Shown here: positions 1 through 11,326 of the stretch, piece after piece
How positions within the stretch are numbered: position 1 is the first letter of the stretch
Layout: each line of letters begins with the position of its first letter
Source: Picochlorum sp. SENEW3
Taxonomy: Eukaryota
Length of the DNA: 64,000 nt
NCBI GenBank assembly: GCA_034226945.1
Contig: CP120462.1
Span: 558,001-622,000 of the forward strand
Direction: 5' to 3'
Notes under the pieces: generated by a model
Told to the model about the DNA's origin: nothing
Seen by the model: the letters and a program-made list of their open reading frames with translations, nothing else
The model's database searches: none
Translations under genes and position numbers: made by a program

Positions 1-399
1 GTGATTTGTCAGAGTCTTGAGAAGAGTTGTGCAACCGATGGGAGCGTGATGGAGGTGGAGAAACTGCCATTCATTCATGGAATCGTAGCCATTCATCCCC
101 ATATGACTATAGACGATATACACAAGGCGTATGTTGATATTCTAGCAACGTTGAAAACACGGTTAGAAGGGCGTGGCTGGGATGGAGATGTAGGAGATTC
201 ATACAATCTGATTCTCACTCAAAAATACATCATGATTGCACCACGCAGCCGGGAGTATATCGAGTCTGTAAGCTGTAATTCCATGGGATTTGCGGGTAGT
301 TTCTTTCTGGCTCGACAAGAAGAGATTGATGAGATGAAGCGACTCGGACCGACCCATGTTCTCTCCCAGCTAGGATTTTCAAAAAAGATTCCCATCTAA
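1..399 (+). CDS. ATP adenylyltransferase / Ap4A phosphorylase (Apa1/Apa2-like), C-terminal part (5' truncated by window edge)
   Basis: KLPFIH...SYNLILTQKYIMIAPRS...SCNSMGFAGSFF resembles the C-terminal domain of Ap4A phosphorylases; ORF is open at position 1. Confidence 0.8.
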   Translation: MICQSLEKSCATDGSVMEVEKLPFIHGIVAIHPHMTIDDIHKAYVDILATLKTRLEGRGWDGDVGDSYNLILTQKYIMIAPRSREYIESVSCNSMGFAGSFFLARQEEIDEMKRLGPTHVLSQLGFSKKIPI

Positions 400-560
400 G
401 GGGAAAGAAGACAGTCTTGCCTATTGATTGATTGATGGGCGCAATTGCTGGATCGCTTATTTATATCTGCGTACTCATATAAAATATATTGAATTGAATC
501 ACCGATCAATTTATCGAAAAATCTGCCACAAAAGACTCCATCTTTGCCTGGGATCGTATC

Positions 561-1412
561 ATGTTGGTCCAGAACATTATGTGTGGCGCGGCCCTTATTA
601 TGCTTTGTTTTTTCAGGGTTTCTTCCGCGAGAGATCTTCTCCACAACTCAGAAGGAAGGTACCCAAAAATTATACCGTACGATGACAAGAACAGTAAGCG
701 GTTCTGCACCTTTGGGTGCTCCCGTGAGTATCATGTGGAAGGTGGATCAGGGTATTCCTACTGGGGCAGAATCGACAAGTTGTATCCAGTCATCACAGAT
801 TTGAGTCGGCAAGCAGCGAAAGAGTTCTTGAAAGGAAAGAAAGGGGACATGGAGAAGCCCATGGACTCGAATGATCCAGTAATCAAAGCTTGCAACCCAA
901 AGACTCAGGATGTATTGAACAGTATTGTTGTGAGAAATGCATGTGGAAGCATTGGTGGGGAAGGAAATGACGATGATTTCATCGACCAGATTTTGATTCA
1001 ATTCACCATCGATGTCCCCTGCAGTAAAAAAACAATGGCAAAACTGGAGAAGCAAGGGATCACATATCCTGAAACTGCAGATGGCTTTTTGGTTCCTTTG
1101 AAAGCATTCACATCACAACTCGAGCCAAGAGGCAAGAGTAAGACAAATCTTTCCTTTGTACGAGTCAACCCAGACTTTTCACCAGGAGAAGTGGTTGGCC
1201 TTCCAGATACCAAGGATGGATTCCCAGATCTGAAGGGTAAAGAAGAAGACTTGGGCTGGTTCTGCAAATGTCCATATGGCAAAAGTGGCAAAACTACACG
1301 ATCATGCACCTTTATCAAATCCCTTGAAGGGTACAAGTGCGGCGACAAATCAACTCCAGACAGTCAATTGGCGTACAAAAATAATGAAATTCTTGGAAAA
1401 TGCGGTGACTAA
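561..1412 (+). CDS. hypothetical secreted Cys-containing protein
   Basis: 283-aa ORF with hydrophobic N-terminus (AALIMLCFFRVSSA) followed by RDLL, several Cys; TGTAA at 1479-1483; no recognised family. Confidence 0.7.
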   Translation: MLVQNIMCGAALIMLCFFRVSSARDLLHNSEGRYPKIIPYDDKNSKRFCTFGCSREYHVEGGSGYSYWGRIDKLYPVITDLSRQAAKEFLKGKKGDMEKPMDSNDPVIKACNPKTQDVLNSIVVRNACGSIGGEGNDDDFIDQILIQFTIDVPCSKKTMAKLEKQGITYPETADGFLVPLKAFTSQLEPRGKSKTNLSFVRVNPDFSPGEVVGLPDTKDGFPDLKGKEEDLGWFCKCPYGKSGKTTRSCTFIKSLEGYKCGDKSTPDSQLAYKNNEILGKCGD

Positions 1413-1642
1413 ACATCCCTCGAGTGACTTCAGTGGACATGACAAGAAGAATTATTGCATGTTTTCAGAGTAGAACTCTGTAACACAGTCTTTTGACATA
1501 CAATATGCGTGGACATTGCAGAATTCCATATCACTTCATTTCTTCTCACTCAATAAAAGAAGAATTTTCTTTCCAGATGGTTTTTCGAAATAAAAACTTT
1601 ACAGACAAATAACACAGCATACTCCAAGATATATATGTACAT

Positions 1643-2781
1643 TTATACAAAACCACCCGCTTTTCTCCCAAATGCCTTCTTCTTGCACTGATTACAGGAC
1701 TTGGGGCATGCTGACCTCATAAATTCTGGGTTCTTGTCACACTCGCCAATAGTAGCCCATTCTTCACAATTATCATCAGTATCAACACAATCCATCTTTG
1801 AAGACACCTTCACCCCACCACCTACATGAAACGGACCCACATGTATCCACTTTGTAGCACTGTACTTCTCTCCCTTCAACGTAGGACAGCTTCCATGCGT
1901 ACTGCGCACATCCCCCTTCCCGTCAGGCTTGAGAGAGTAAAAGAAGAGCGCATTGCCCCTCTTCGCCTTGACAGCCAACCCCTTCTTGGCACATTCAGAC
2001 CACTCATCCCCTTCCACCTTTGGCTCTGCATGCGGAAACACAGTTTCACCACCCTCTTCAGGTGTCGAAAGATACATCAATACTGTCGCAATCCGCTGAC
2101 CTCCATGAGACACATCAGTGTTCACCTTGTCATGGAAATAATCAGTATGGGGCTCATATTTCTGCCCATCCACATATCGCAGCAACTGCAAAGATTCTCC
2201 ATTCTCCTCTGGAAGCATGGTAACCGTCGCAATACGCTTCTCAATCGCAGTCACCACATCATCCTCATGCTGCCTCAGAAACGTGCCAGAGGACGTCCGC
2301 ACATCCGAGTCCATGGACCCACCAGTCTTTGAGTTGACCACTGACGATTTGTGCAACGATCCCTTCCCAAGGCCGATCAGGTGATCACACTCTTCATCAG
2401 AAAGGAAATTATGCAACACATAGGCTCTCGGCGACCAAGACAGCTGCTCGATACGCCCTCTCCATACCTCCTGCAGAAAACAATACAGTCACCGTGTTAG
2501 GTCAGCAATGACTCCATCCAAGGGCATGATAACACAGCTGAAAAGTACAACCGTACATTTTCTCCTTCTTTATATCCAACGGAGTCATCCACTTTGACAT
2601 GGAACGAATTTGGCAATTCTCCCTTCCACCCAGGAAACCTTTCCGCATCCTCTATATATGCCTGTTCCATGCCCGAAACATGTTTACTAGCTATGAAAAG
2701 TATCAATAGGATCACGAACGCGCTCTTTCTCGTCACAGACCGGGAATGGCTCAGCCACGTTGACAATCTCGTCGGGCCCAT
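1643..2781 (-). CDS. prolyl 4-hydroxylase with C-terminal ShKT domain; 2 exons (2781-2557, 2470-1643)
   Basis: Intron 2556-2471 (GTACGG...TGCAG) joins GEN to EVWRGRIEQLSWSPRAY; motifs RTSSG, HTD, GGETVFP, HGSCP, KYSATKW; ShKT C-x6-C..W...GEC..NP.FM...C..SC..C; N-terminal membrane anchor. Confidence 0.93.
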
Positions 2782-2992
2782 TCCTGATCAACCACACACG
2801 CAACAGACACCGTAACTATCAACTATTACTGGAATAATAAAAGTATTTGAATGAAAAGTAACAGAACAACGAGAATGTGGAAGATTACAAGTACGGCAAG
2901 GAAGCTCCATCTTCATCTTCACACACCATGATTGCATTATTATTGTCCAAGCTTGCAAGGAGAGCCCAGTGTTTGTATCTATAGGATGGCAG

Positions 2993-3823
2993 CTATCCAC
3001 TTGCGTGATCCTGCGATGCATGTGCGGTTGTTGTCCCTGTGATGGGACAGGGCACACCATACTTGGCACATGTCTTGTATATCTGCATTTTGACTCGATC
3101 TAATGCTGCTCCTGGGGAATCTAGCGCTGGTCTAACGACAATTTCAAAGGCGTCGGTTGAGCCGGCCTTGTCTTCATCAAAATAAAAGTCAATGACGTAT
3201 CGAACCTCTGTCCCACACCTATCGACATACCAATCATGCCTGTCAAAGGGACTGGGTCCACCAAACCATGATCGGATACGAGCCAACGGACTCAAATCAT
3301 CAGGCCTTCCTAGAAACCGTAGGAGTGATGGATTTGGGCATGAGTTTCTATGAAGCTGCTCCCATGCCCAGACATGCTGCCAGGTGATTTCATTCATGGT
3401 GTTGTGGGCTGCCACAACAGAGTCCATGTCTTTTTCTTCGACATCATCCCCTTTGCCTTTTCGCTTCAACGCATTGTAAAACATTTGAGGAGATGGGTAG
3501 AGCCACGTTGTTTTCGTCCCTCCTTTTGGTATGTTGGACTGAATGCGATCCGTAGAGAGCAATTCCTTCTGTCCTGGGCAAGGCTCTTGATTGGCCTGCA
3601 GGGGCATGTTATTTCTGGGGTCCAGCAAGTCTTCCCTCTTCCTTATCGTCCCATCCTCCTGGACTTTTTCTTGTATGACTTGATTATATACATTGTAACT
3701 CACTGAAAACGCTTCTCGCGCATCGCGCTGCTGCTGCTGCTGTTCTTGTTGAGAGGAAGCAGCAGGAGAGGTTTCAGAGCGACACGCCTCCTCCATGCGT
3801 GGTGAACTGGCTGCATTTCCCAT
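2993..3823 (-). CDS. HCCS: holocytochrome c synthase (cytochrome c/c1 heme lyase, system III)
   Basis: WLYPSPQMFYNALKRKG, HNTMNE, PFDRHDWYVDRCG, VRYVIDFY, VRPALDS; first ATG at 3823 (MGNAAS). Confidence 0.93.
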   Translation of the reverse strand: MGNAASSPRMEEACRSETSPAASSQQEQQQQQRDAREAFSVSYNVYNQVIQEKVQEDGTIRKREDLLDPRNNMPLQANQEPCPGQKELLSTDRIQSNIPKGGTKTTWLYPSPQMFYNALKRKGKGDDVEEKDMDSVVAAHNTMNEITWQHVWAWEQLHRNSCPNPSLLRFLGRPDDLSPLARIRSWFGGPSPFDRHDWYVDRCGTEVRYVIDFYFDEDKAGSTDAFEIVVRPALDSPGAALDRVKMQIYKTCAKYGVPCPITGTTTAHASQDHASG

Positions 3824-4177
3824 GTTTCCCAATAATTATATAAATTCAATGCGGTGCAAGATGACTGGCGAGTATGTCATCGATTCCCGCAGAGACAAAG
3901 TCCGTGTTTAGAATATTAAAGACACATCCGCCAATCATTGGGGAACGTCCCCCGATGATGATGAGTATGCACTGCACCCACTCGTCGCTGGTAAAAGGAA
4001 ATCAAATCACCTTTTGCATTCGTAAAAACATCAAAGGAAGGAAAGAAGAGGCAAAGAGGCTTTCTCTGGTGCTAGAATCGATCGAGTCGGAGTTGAATTG
4101 ATTCGAATTTCCAGCATTCTTCAACATCCAGACCTGTGTGATACAGTGACGGCAGACTGCGCAGATCAGGGACAGTG

Positions 4178-5488
<1,311 letters not shown>

Positions 5489-5690
5489 TGCCTATGAAAG
5501 AAAGATGTACACGCTGCATGTAACGCTTGTATTTTTTTCACGACCTATCATTTTGTGGCCTTTGTTGACATTCAACATTGTTGTCACTCCTCCTGGTCAA
5601 CTTGGGGCACCATGGTGGCAGGACAATTCCTCATCTATTGCACTCGACCCCCCTCGTATAGCTAGAGCATCGTATTCTATATGTTTTGGG

Positions 5691-5960
5691 ATGGAAGATA
5701 CGAATCCACATTGTAAGATGAACTTGGGCGTCCAATGCATAGCACGACAGTGCTGCACAGGGACTGCTACACCCAAGGTCCATGTTCAGGATGGAGACAT
5801 GCAACACGCATACACCTGCTGGCCCAAAGACCTTGATCCAACTGATCAATCAGCGATTCTCAAATGGATTCGACGAACAGAGCGTAATGACGTGTACCTT
5901 CAAACGGTGCTGCGCATGGCCAGGCGAACAGAAGAGATTCTGATGGAACAGTCCTTATAA
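5691..5960 (+). CDS. small hypothetical protein (uncertain)
   Basis: ATG-started 89-aa tail of ORF 5334-5960, downstream of the MSI1 TGTAA (5519); no recognisable motif. Confidence 0.3.
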   Translation: MEDTNPHCKMNLGVQCIARQCCTGTATPKVHVQDGDMQHAYTCWPKDLDPTDQSAILKWIRRTERNDVYLQTVLRMARRTEEILMEQSL

Positions 5961-6014
5961 GGATGTTGATTAAATTGGAAAGACCTAATACCAGCTCTTG
6001 CCCATGGACATTTA

Positions 6015-7015
6015 CATTTCGGCTGTTTTGTCTGTATCTCTTTTGAGAGTCATGGTGAATCTAAAGGTGGTGGGATCTGTAGATATGACCCTCTGTCTTA
6101 AGGTTGCTACAGACTCTTCGAATTGTTTGCAGTGCTCTTCTGGAATGCGGAGTTGACATTGGAATCTAATCTTGGAATGGGCAGAGTTCTCTTGCTCATT
6201 GGCAATGAGTCATTGCTGCGCTGACAATGAGCGAGTCAATATTTTTATCTGCTGCGTAGTTTTGAATATTCACTTCGAAGTGCCCGAGATATGCAAACAA
6301 AGCTTTCCTGGATATTTTTTGCATGCATGATTATATATATTATGGGAATGAGCGTAAATATTTCATTGTCATTGGGGTAGACGGACACACATGTATTTTA
6401 TCTTTAAAGATATGCTTACAACCCATACCCAGACACATGGTACCTGCACAAAGCTGTACCTTTGGTAACTGCGTTTTCATACTTGTAACGAAGGATAATG
6501 ATTTTCCTCTTGTTTACTTTGTGACAATTCATGGTGAAGTTCTCTGGTTTCAAGTTGCTGCCTTTTATTGGACTGAGCATGATACTTGCACGGATATTGA
6601 TCCTCGCGTTCCCTGGGTTGGAAACTGTGGGGTGGAATGCGGCTGATAGTGGTTTCTCAATCTGTAAAAAATCGCCTGCCGCATCAATGTTCTATATCAC
6701 GAGTCTATTTCTTTTGGATAATGATGATGATTCCATCATGGTGAGAAGAGACGAGCCACCCCTTTTTTGCTCTGGTTTTGACCCAACTGTTGACCTTGGT
6801 GCTGCAGCATGATCCCAATCACAGCATCCTCCTTGTGAATATGCACACGATACCCCTGTAGATTCCTTCCATCTGTAGAAAATATAGAATCGCGTCTAAA
6901 AACCTGCGGCAGACATTCTCGAAGAATAAAGAGCCGAGTTGACGACAGCCGAGATGCCATTCTCTTGCCAGCAGCGAGAGCATCTTCTGCCAATGTTGTG
7001 CTTGCAGCTTCCATC
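6015..7015 (-). pseudogene. degenerate coding-like fragments of unknown origin
   Basis: Protein-like minus-strand stretches (MEAASTTLAED..., NIDAAGDFLQIEKPL...YGL, IANEQENSAH...TAEM) broken by in-frame stops and frameshifts. Confidence 0.3.
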
Positions 7016-7378
7016 GCCGCGCTAAAAGTCGAGAGAGGGTTTTGTCGTTCAAATTTAAATTTTGAAATATCTCGAATATATATATATATGTACAACCCAG
7101 GCCTCGTCAGCCCAGGCTGTGGGTACATATCAGTCCTGAAAATAGCTTCTGAGCACTGTTTGATGAAATCTTTTCTTCGCTGTTGCGTTATTTGACGACA
7201 ATAAGAACCTATTAGTTTCAAACGGATACGATTGATCGTGCATCATAGTCTTTCATATGAATGAGATAGGGTTTGGTTTCGATATATCGATATATCCTAT
7301 ATAGGAGCATAGTCATACATGCATGATGCACCCTGCAGTAGACCCCTGCAGGGCCCCGGCTGGGGTACCCCAACCGGT

Positions 7379-7736
7379 TGCATATGCCCATATGAGCCAC
7401 CTCTACCAAGATCGTGGTAGTCTCCTCGATCGAAGCTGTTTAAATTGCGAAACATTCATTGAATGAGTTACACTCGTAATACTCAATATTATCCAAAAGA
7501 AAAACTTGTGAGAAGAAAGGATCAATCTTTGTAGCAAACCTCAAGGTACGCGTCGTGCTTATGGGTGGCACACCTCCTTCCGCTGTGGTCGGACCGTGTT
7601 TGCGCATATTTTCGTGTTGCGCCTCATCCCGACATGTGGTTACTCTTGTTTACTCCTGATTTCGTTCTGTTGGTTGCAGAGGAGATGCGATTCCCCCTGG
7701 TTCTCAGCCTGATCGGCCTGGCCCTGTTGGAGCTCT
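7379..7736 (+). repeat. 358-bp inverted repeat, left copy (promoter + 5'UTR intron + most of signal peptide)
   Basis: Reverse complement of 10131-10488; differences seen only near 7402 and 7433-7436; about 300 bp (7437-7736) identical. Confidence 0.97.
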
Positions 7737-8089
7737 GTTTCTTCACAGCAACTGAAGCGCGATGCCCGAATAGCGGCAGAATCATTAGCTGCTGTGAGGC
7801 AATCGACGTCAAACTATATAAGAAAGGAACAAAAATAAATTACAATTGTGAACGTTGTGATCCAGGTTATAAAGTGAGCCCATCCAAGAACCAATGCATT
7901 CCTGATATTCCAACTGCTTGTCTGGAGGGATATGGACCTAACTCTCAAAAAAATGGCACCTGCACAAAATGCACCGATCCAAACTGCAAATCTTGCTCTT
8001 ATGAATTCAACGATTGTGTGATATGCGCAAAAGGCTACCAGTACAACGTTGACAGAGGCAATTGCGATCCGATCGTTGAACAACAGTAA
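7685..8089 (+). CDS. secreted Cys-rich protein (14 Cys; CxxC/furin-like growth-factor-receptor-type repeats), paralogue 1; 5'UTR intron 7546-7679
   Basis: Signal peptide MRFPLVLSLIGLALLELCFFTATEA; CERCDPGY, CTKC, CKSC, CVIC; intron AAG|GTACGC...TTGCAG ends 5 nt before ATG. Confidence 0.85.
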   Translation: MRFPLVLSLIGLALLELCFFTATEARCPNSGRIISCCEAIDVKLYKKGTKINYNCERCDPGYKVSPSKNQCIPDIPTACLEGYGPNSQKNGTCTKCTDPNCKSCSYEFNDCVICAKGYQYNVDRGNCDPIVEQQ

Positions 8090-8467
8090 CCATGCTCACC
8101 CCTCCTGGTTGATTACCAAACAAGTCTGCTGAACATGGGAATTCGTGTTGAATTAAACACTTCCGAGAGGGTCACAGACACACTTTATAATAAAGCCAGC
8201 ATGTGATCTGTTCACCCGCAAGACTGGTCCAAATCTTCTGTTTTGTGGGAACAAGACCCATGTAGAAGAGTGGCAGCAAAATTTTTTGGTCTCTGTCAAG
8301 GTCATGCAGACGCGCAACCACAGTATAAATGTCTTTATAGCAATGTGTTTTTTTTTTGTCGAATCGTTTCGATATACACTCAGAATGTCTCTGTAATAGC
8401 TTATCTTTGTCTATATACCCACAGGCTACTAGTAATATTGGTACTGCAAATTTGCATTCTAAAAGGG

Positions 8468-8531
8468 GCACAAGAGCAGGATATGGTTACTCTTTTCTAG
8501 AACGTGTATCCATATCTTGCTGCTCTTGTGC
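8468..8531. repeat. imperfect ~64-nt hairpin/palindrome
   Basis: GCACAAGAGCAG-GATATGG ... CCATATC-ttg-CTGCTCTTGTGC centred on TTCTAGAA. Confidence 0.75.
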
Positions 8532-8718
8532 TTTGCAATTGTATAACATGGACAACAAAAAGATGAGTTCGAGAATAGTAATAGACAAAGGCTGCATGCA
8601 ACAGCCAAAAAATAGACGCCAGAGATCGTGGAATGCCCAAATTTGGGACTTCAAAGTTGACAGAGTTAGCGAGTGAAAGGCCTGGATACCAAAGTACCAC
8701 ATGCTGCGGCGTTCCCGC

Positions 8719-9084
8719 TTATGCGCCAGGGTCGGATATGACCACTCGACGTCTGCACCTTCCTGCATATGTCGAACTCTTACCAGTGTAGCGGACCCAC
8801 TTGTATCTACTCCTGTGCAAATCGCATCTGCCACCCTCAGCATTGAACTTGAGTTCCCAAGCTCTGCACCTTTTCTTCTTTTGGCACCAGTCACGGCAGA
8901 AGACCCAATCGAAAGAAGGAGTCATGGGATCTGAAACTCTGTACGATTTGCTCATGTACTTGTCTCCTCTGACAGCCATGCCCTCCCTCCCACTGCCGCA
9001 GCGTATTTGTGCTCCGTTGACAAAAGTTGCCAAGAGCAGCACAACCAGTGTCAATCTCGCAAAGAAAGAAACTTTCATCATCAT
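8719..9084 (-). CDS. small basic secreted protein with PAN/Apple-like Cys pattern
   Basis: Signal peptide (LTLVVLLLATFVNG-A); C...CRDWC-x5-C-RAW...C-DL...GRC six-Cys pattern typical of PAN/Apple modules; Arg/Lys-rich. Confidence 0.75.
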   Translation of the reverse strand: MMMKVSFFARLTLVVLLLATFVNGAQIRCGSGREGMAVRGDKYMSKSYRVSDPMTPSFDWVFCRDWCQKKKRCRAWELKFNAEGGRCDLHRSRYKWVRYTGKSSTYAGRCRRRVVISDPGA

Positions 9085-9786
9085 ATTAAATATAAAAAAG
9101 ACAGCCCTTAATCGAATTCTATATGGTACCTATATGGTAATTAGTGTGGGTTACAGCACCAACTGGTATGCAGTATTCCGGGAAGATTCTGCTGACTGAG
9201 GTTTGAGCATGCTCAATGAGCAGGCCGCGGCCGTGAAAACCGTTGCAACGATCAATCAATTGATATCATTACCCTGTATAGATGGGCCCTGTCAGGAGAT
9301 CAACTCCTGCCATCTATTCCTAGAGGGATTATATCCGATGTAGCCGTTGATCTTTCCTGGTGTTCCACTGTGTTCAATGGGCCACGCAATGAACATGTGT
9401 TCATAAATCCCATGATGCTTAAACTAGAAGGTCAGATTTGGCATGGACATATCTTGTTAATCAGCCATCAATTGTATTACAATGGATTTAAATTTAAACT
9501 CAAAAATGAATGAGGAGGAAAATCAGGAAGAAGCGACAAGTTCGAAGAAACAATCTAGACATAAATGTACCGACAAAGGAACGTTGACATCTACCTTGCA
9601 AAAGCAGCACTAGACCCACAAAAGATAACTGTGCCTGACATAGTGCAACTGGATGAGAGCCAACGACAGATTCCTAAAAGCAGCAAGTAATACCGTTGTT
9701 GCAAAACAAGAGATGGCTTGATAGCACAAATACATGACTGCAATATCGACACTCGCCTCAGCCATTGGCCAACATGTATCGTGACC

Positions 9787-10182
9787 TTAAGCAAATGAAG
9801 GAATAGGCCTCAGACATCTGCCCTTATACAAATCAAAACCACGTCTGCATTTTGTGCACGTCACGAACGATTCGTAGCAAGATTTGCAGTCCTTGACATC
9901 GCATGGTTGACATGCTGTCGAATCGTATCGAACCAATCCCTCGCCAGCTTTGCACACATTGACTGGTCTACACTGCTCCTTGCTCGCAGAGACAGCAAAC
10001 CCTGGGTCGCATTCGTCACATTTGTACGTGACGATCCCAGGGAATCCATCCGGTGGTATTTCTCGAGGGCTTTTGCAGCAGGAAATCGGTGGCCCCGCGC
10101 TAGGACATATTGAATATTCTGCTGCTGCAGAGAGCTCCAACAGGGCCAGGCCGATCAGGCTGAGAACCAGGGGGAATCGCAT
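9787..10182 (-). CDS. secreted Cys-rich protein (14 Cys), paralogue 2; 5'UTR intron 10321-10188
   Basis: Same first 17 aa as paralogue 1, then divergent; the same 14-Cys framework (CP..ISCC..CDECDPGF..QC..C..CQPC..CKSC..CTKC..G..C). Confidence 0.85.
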   Translation of the reverse strand: MRFPLVLSLIGLALLELSAAAEYSICPSAGPPISCCKSPREIPPDGFPGIVTYKCDECDPGFAVSASKEQCRPVNVCKAGEGLVRYDSTACQPCDVKDCKSCYESFVTCTKCRRGFDLYKGRCLRPIPSFA

Positions 10183-10488
10183 CTCCTCTGCAACCAACAG
10201 AACGAAATCAGGAGTAAACAAGAGTAACCACATGTCGGGATGAGGCGCAACACGAAAATATGCGCAAACACGGTCCGACCACAGCGGAAGGAGGTGTGCC
10301 ACCCATAAGCACGACGCGTACCTTGAGGTTTGCTACAAAGATTGATCCTTTCTTCTCACAAGTTTTTCTTTTGGATAATATTGAGTATTACGAGTGTAAC
10401 TCATTCAATGAATGTTTCGCAATTTAAACAAGCTCGATCGAGGAGACTACCACGATCTTGGTAGCGGTGGCTCATATGGGCATATGCA
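10131..10488 (-). repeat. 358-bp inverted repeat, right copy
   Basis: Reverse complement of 7379-7736. Confidence 0.97.
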
Positions 10489-10680
10489 TTTAATAAATGC
10501 AAATTTGCAATGCAACCCCAGCCGCTGGGGCCCAGAACTCCCACCTATATAGAACATAGCCATTGGAGTTTTTGTTTCTTTCTGTTAATTCTACTGCAAG
10601 GTAATCATGTAGAGAACTATCTCTTGTACGGTTGCCCTCTGTTACTAACAGACGGCTGTCTGGTAAGAAATAATACTGTA

Positions 10681-11326
10681 CTCGACTAGATTATCAGACA
10701 AAGTCATCACACACACCCTTGAATTCAGATTTCGAGTTCAGATATCGAATTGCCACATCTTTGATCGCCCATAACTTGGCCTGCTTGGCGAACCAAGGGT
10801 AGAGACTCGCTCCACAGGACCTGGCTCATTGAGGGATCGACCCTATTCGGCGAGCAATCCAGGAAACGCCCGCAAGGTGAGACATGACATCTGTTGCATC
10901 CTCCACTCAGCTCTCACCATACATGGTCATGCAATTGTGCAGATTGCTGATAAATGTAACATGGAAGGCTGATAAATAACAGAATAGTATCAGTAAACGT
11001 TAGAGTATTCAGACGAAGAAGAAGGAACCATTGATATTGACGAGAGCAATGATGAACTATTTATTGGAGTGCAGGAAGAAGGTGAACAGGCCCAATCATC
11101 ATGATGCCCTTCAAATCGCCACTATGGCACTATCTTTGAGTAGGAGTGGGACTCAAAGTATTCACTAGACTTGTATCAATCGTGTAACATCGTTACATGA
11201 GCAGTAGAGTGACATCAAGGCCTGTTTCTGGGGCAGATCATGATCATCCTGCCTCTAATATGAAATCGGTTGTCATGACAACAAGTCCTAAATCATCCTA
11301 ATAATGTCACACACAATTTAGTCGAG
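10681..11326. mobile_element. possible non-autonomous TIR element remnant flanked by TA
   Basis: TA|CTCGACTAGATT ... AATTTAGTCGAG|TA (12-bp inverted ends, 1 mismatch); interior has stop-broken coding-like text with an acidic tail (EYSDEEEGTIDIDESNDE). Confidence 0.3.

Noticed and set aside
7340..7395. Cloning-vector polylinker contamination (PstI/ApaI/KpnI/AgeI/NdeI-like sites)
   Set aside because: No adjacent vector sequence, homologous remnants flank the second repeat copy, and similar clusters occur at 9.2 and 48.1 kb
7565..7684. Identical 40-aa N-terminal extension (MAHLLPLW...) on ORFs 7565-8089 and 9787-10302
   Set aside because: GTG start lies inside a canonical GT-AG intron (7546-7679); the true start is the ATG preceding the signal peptide
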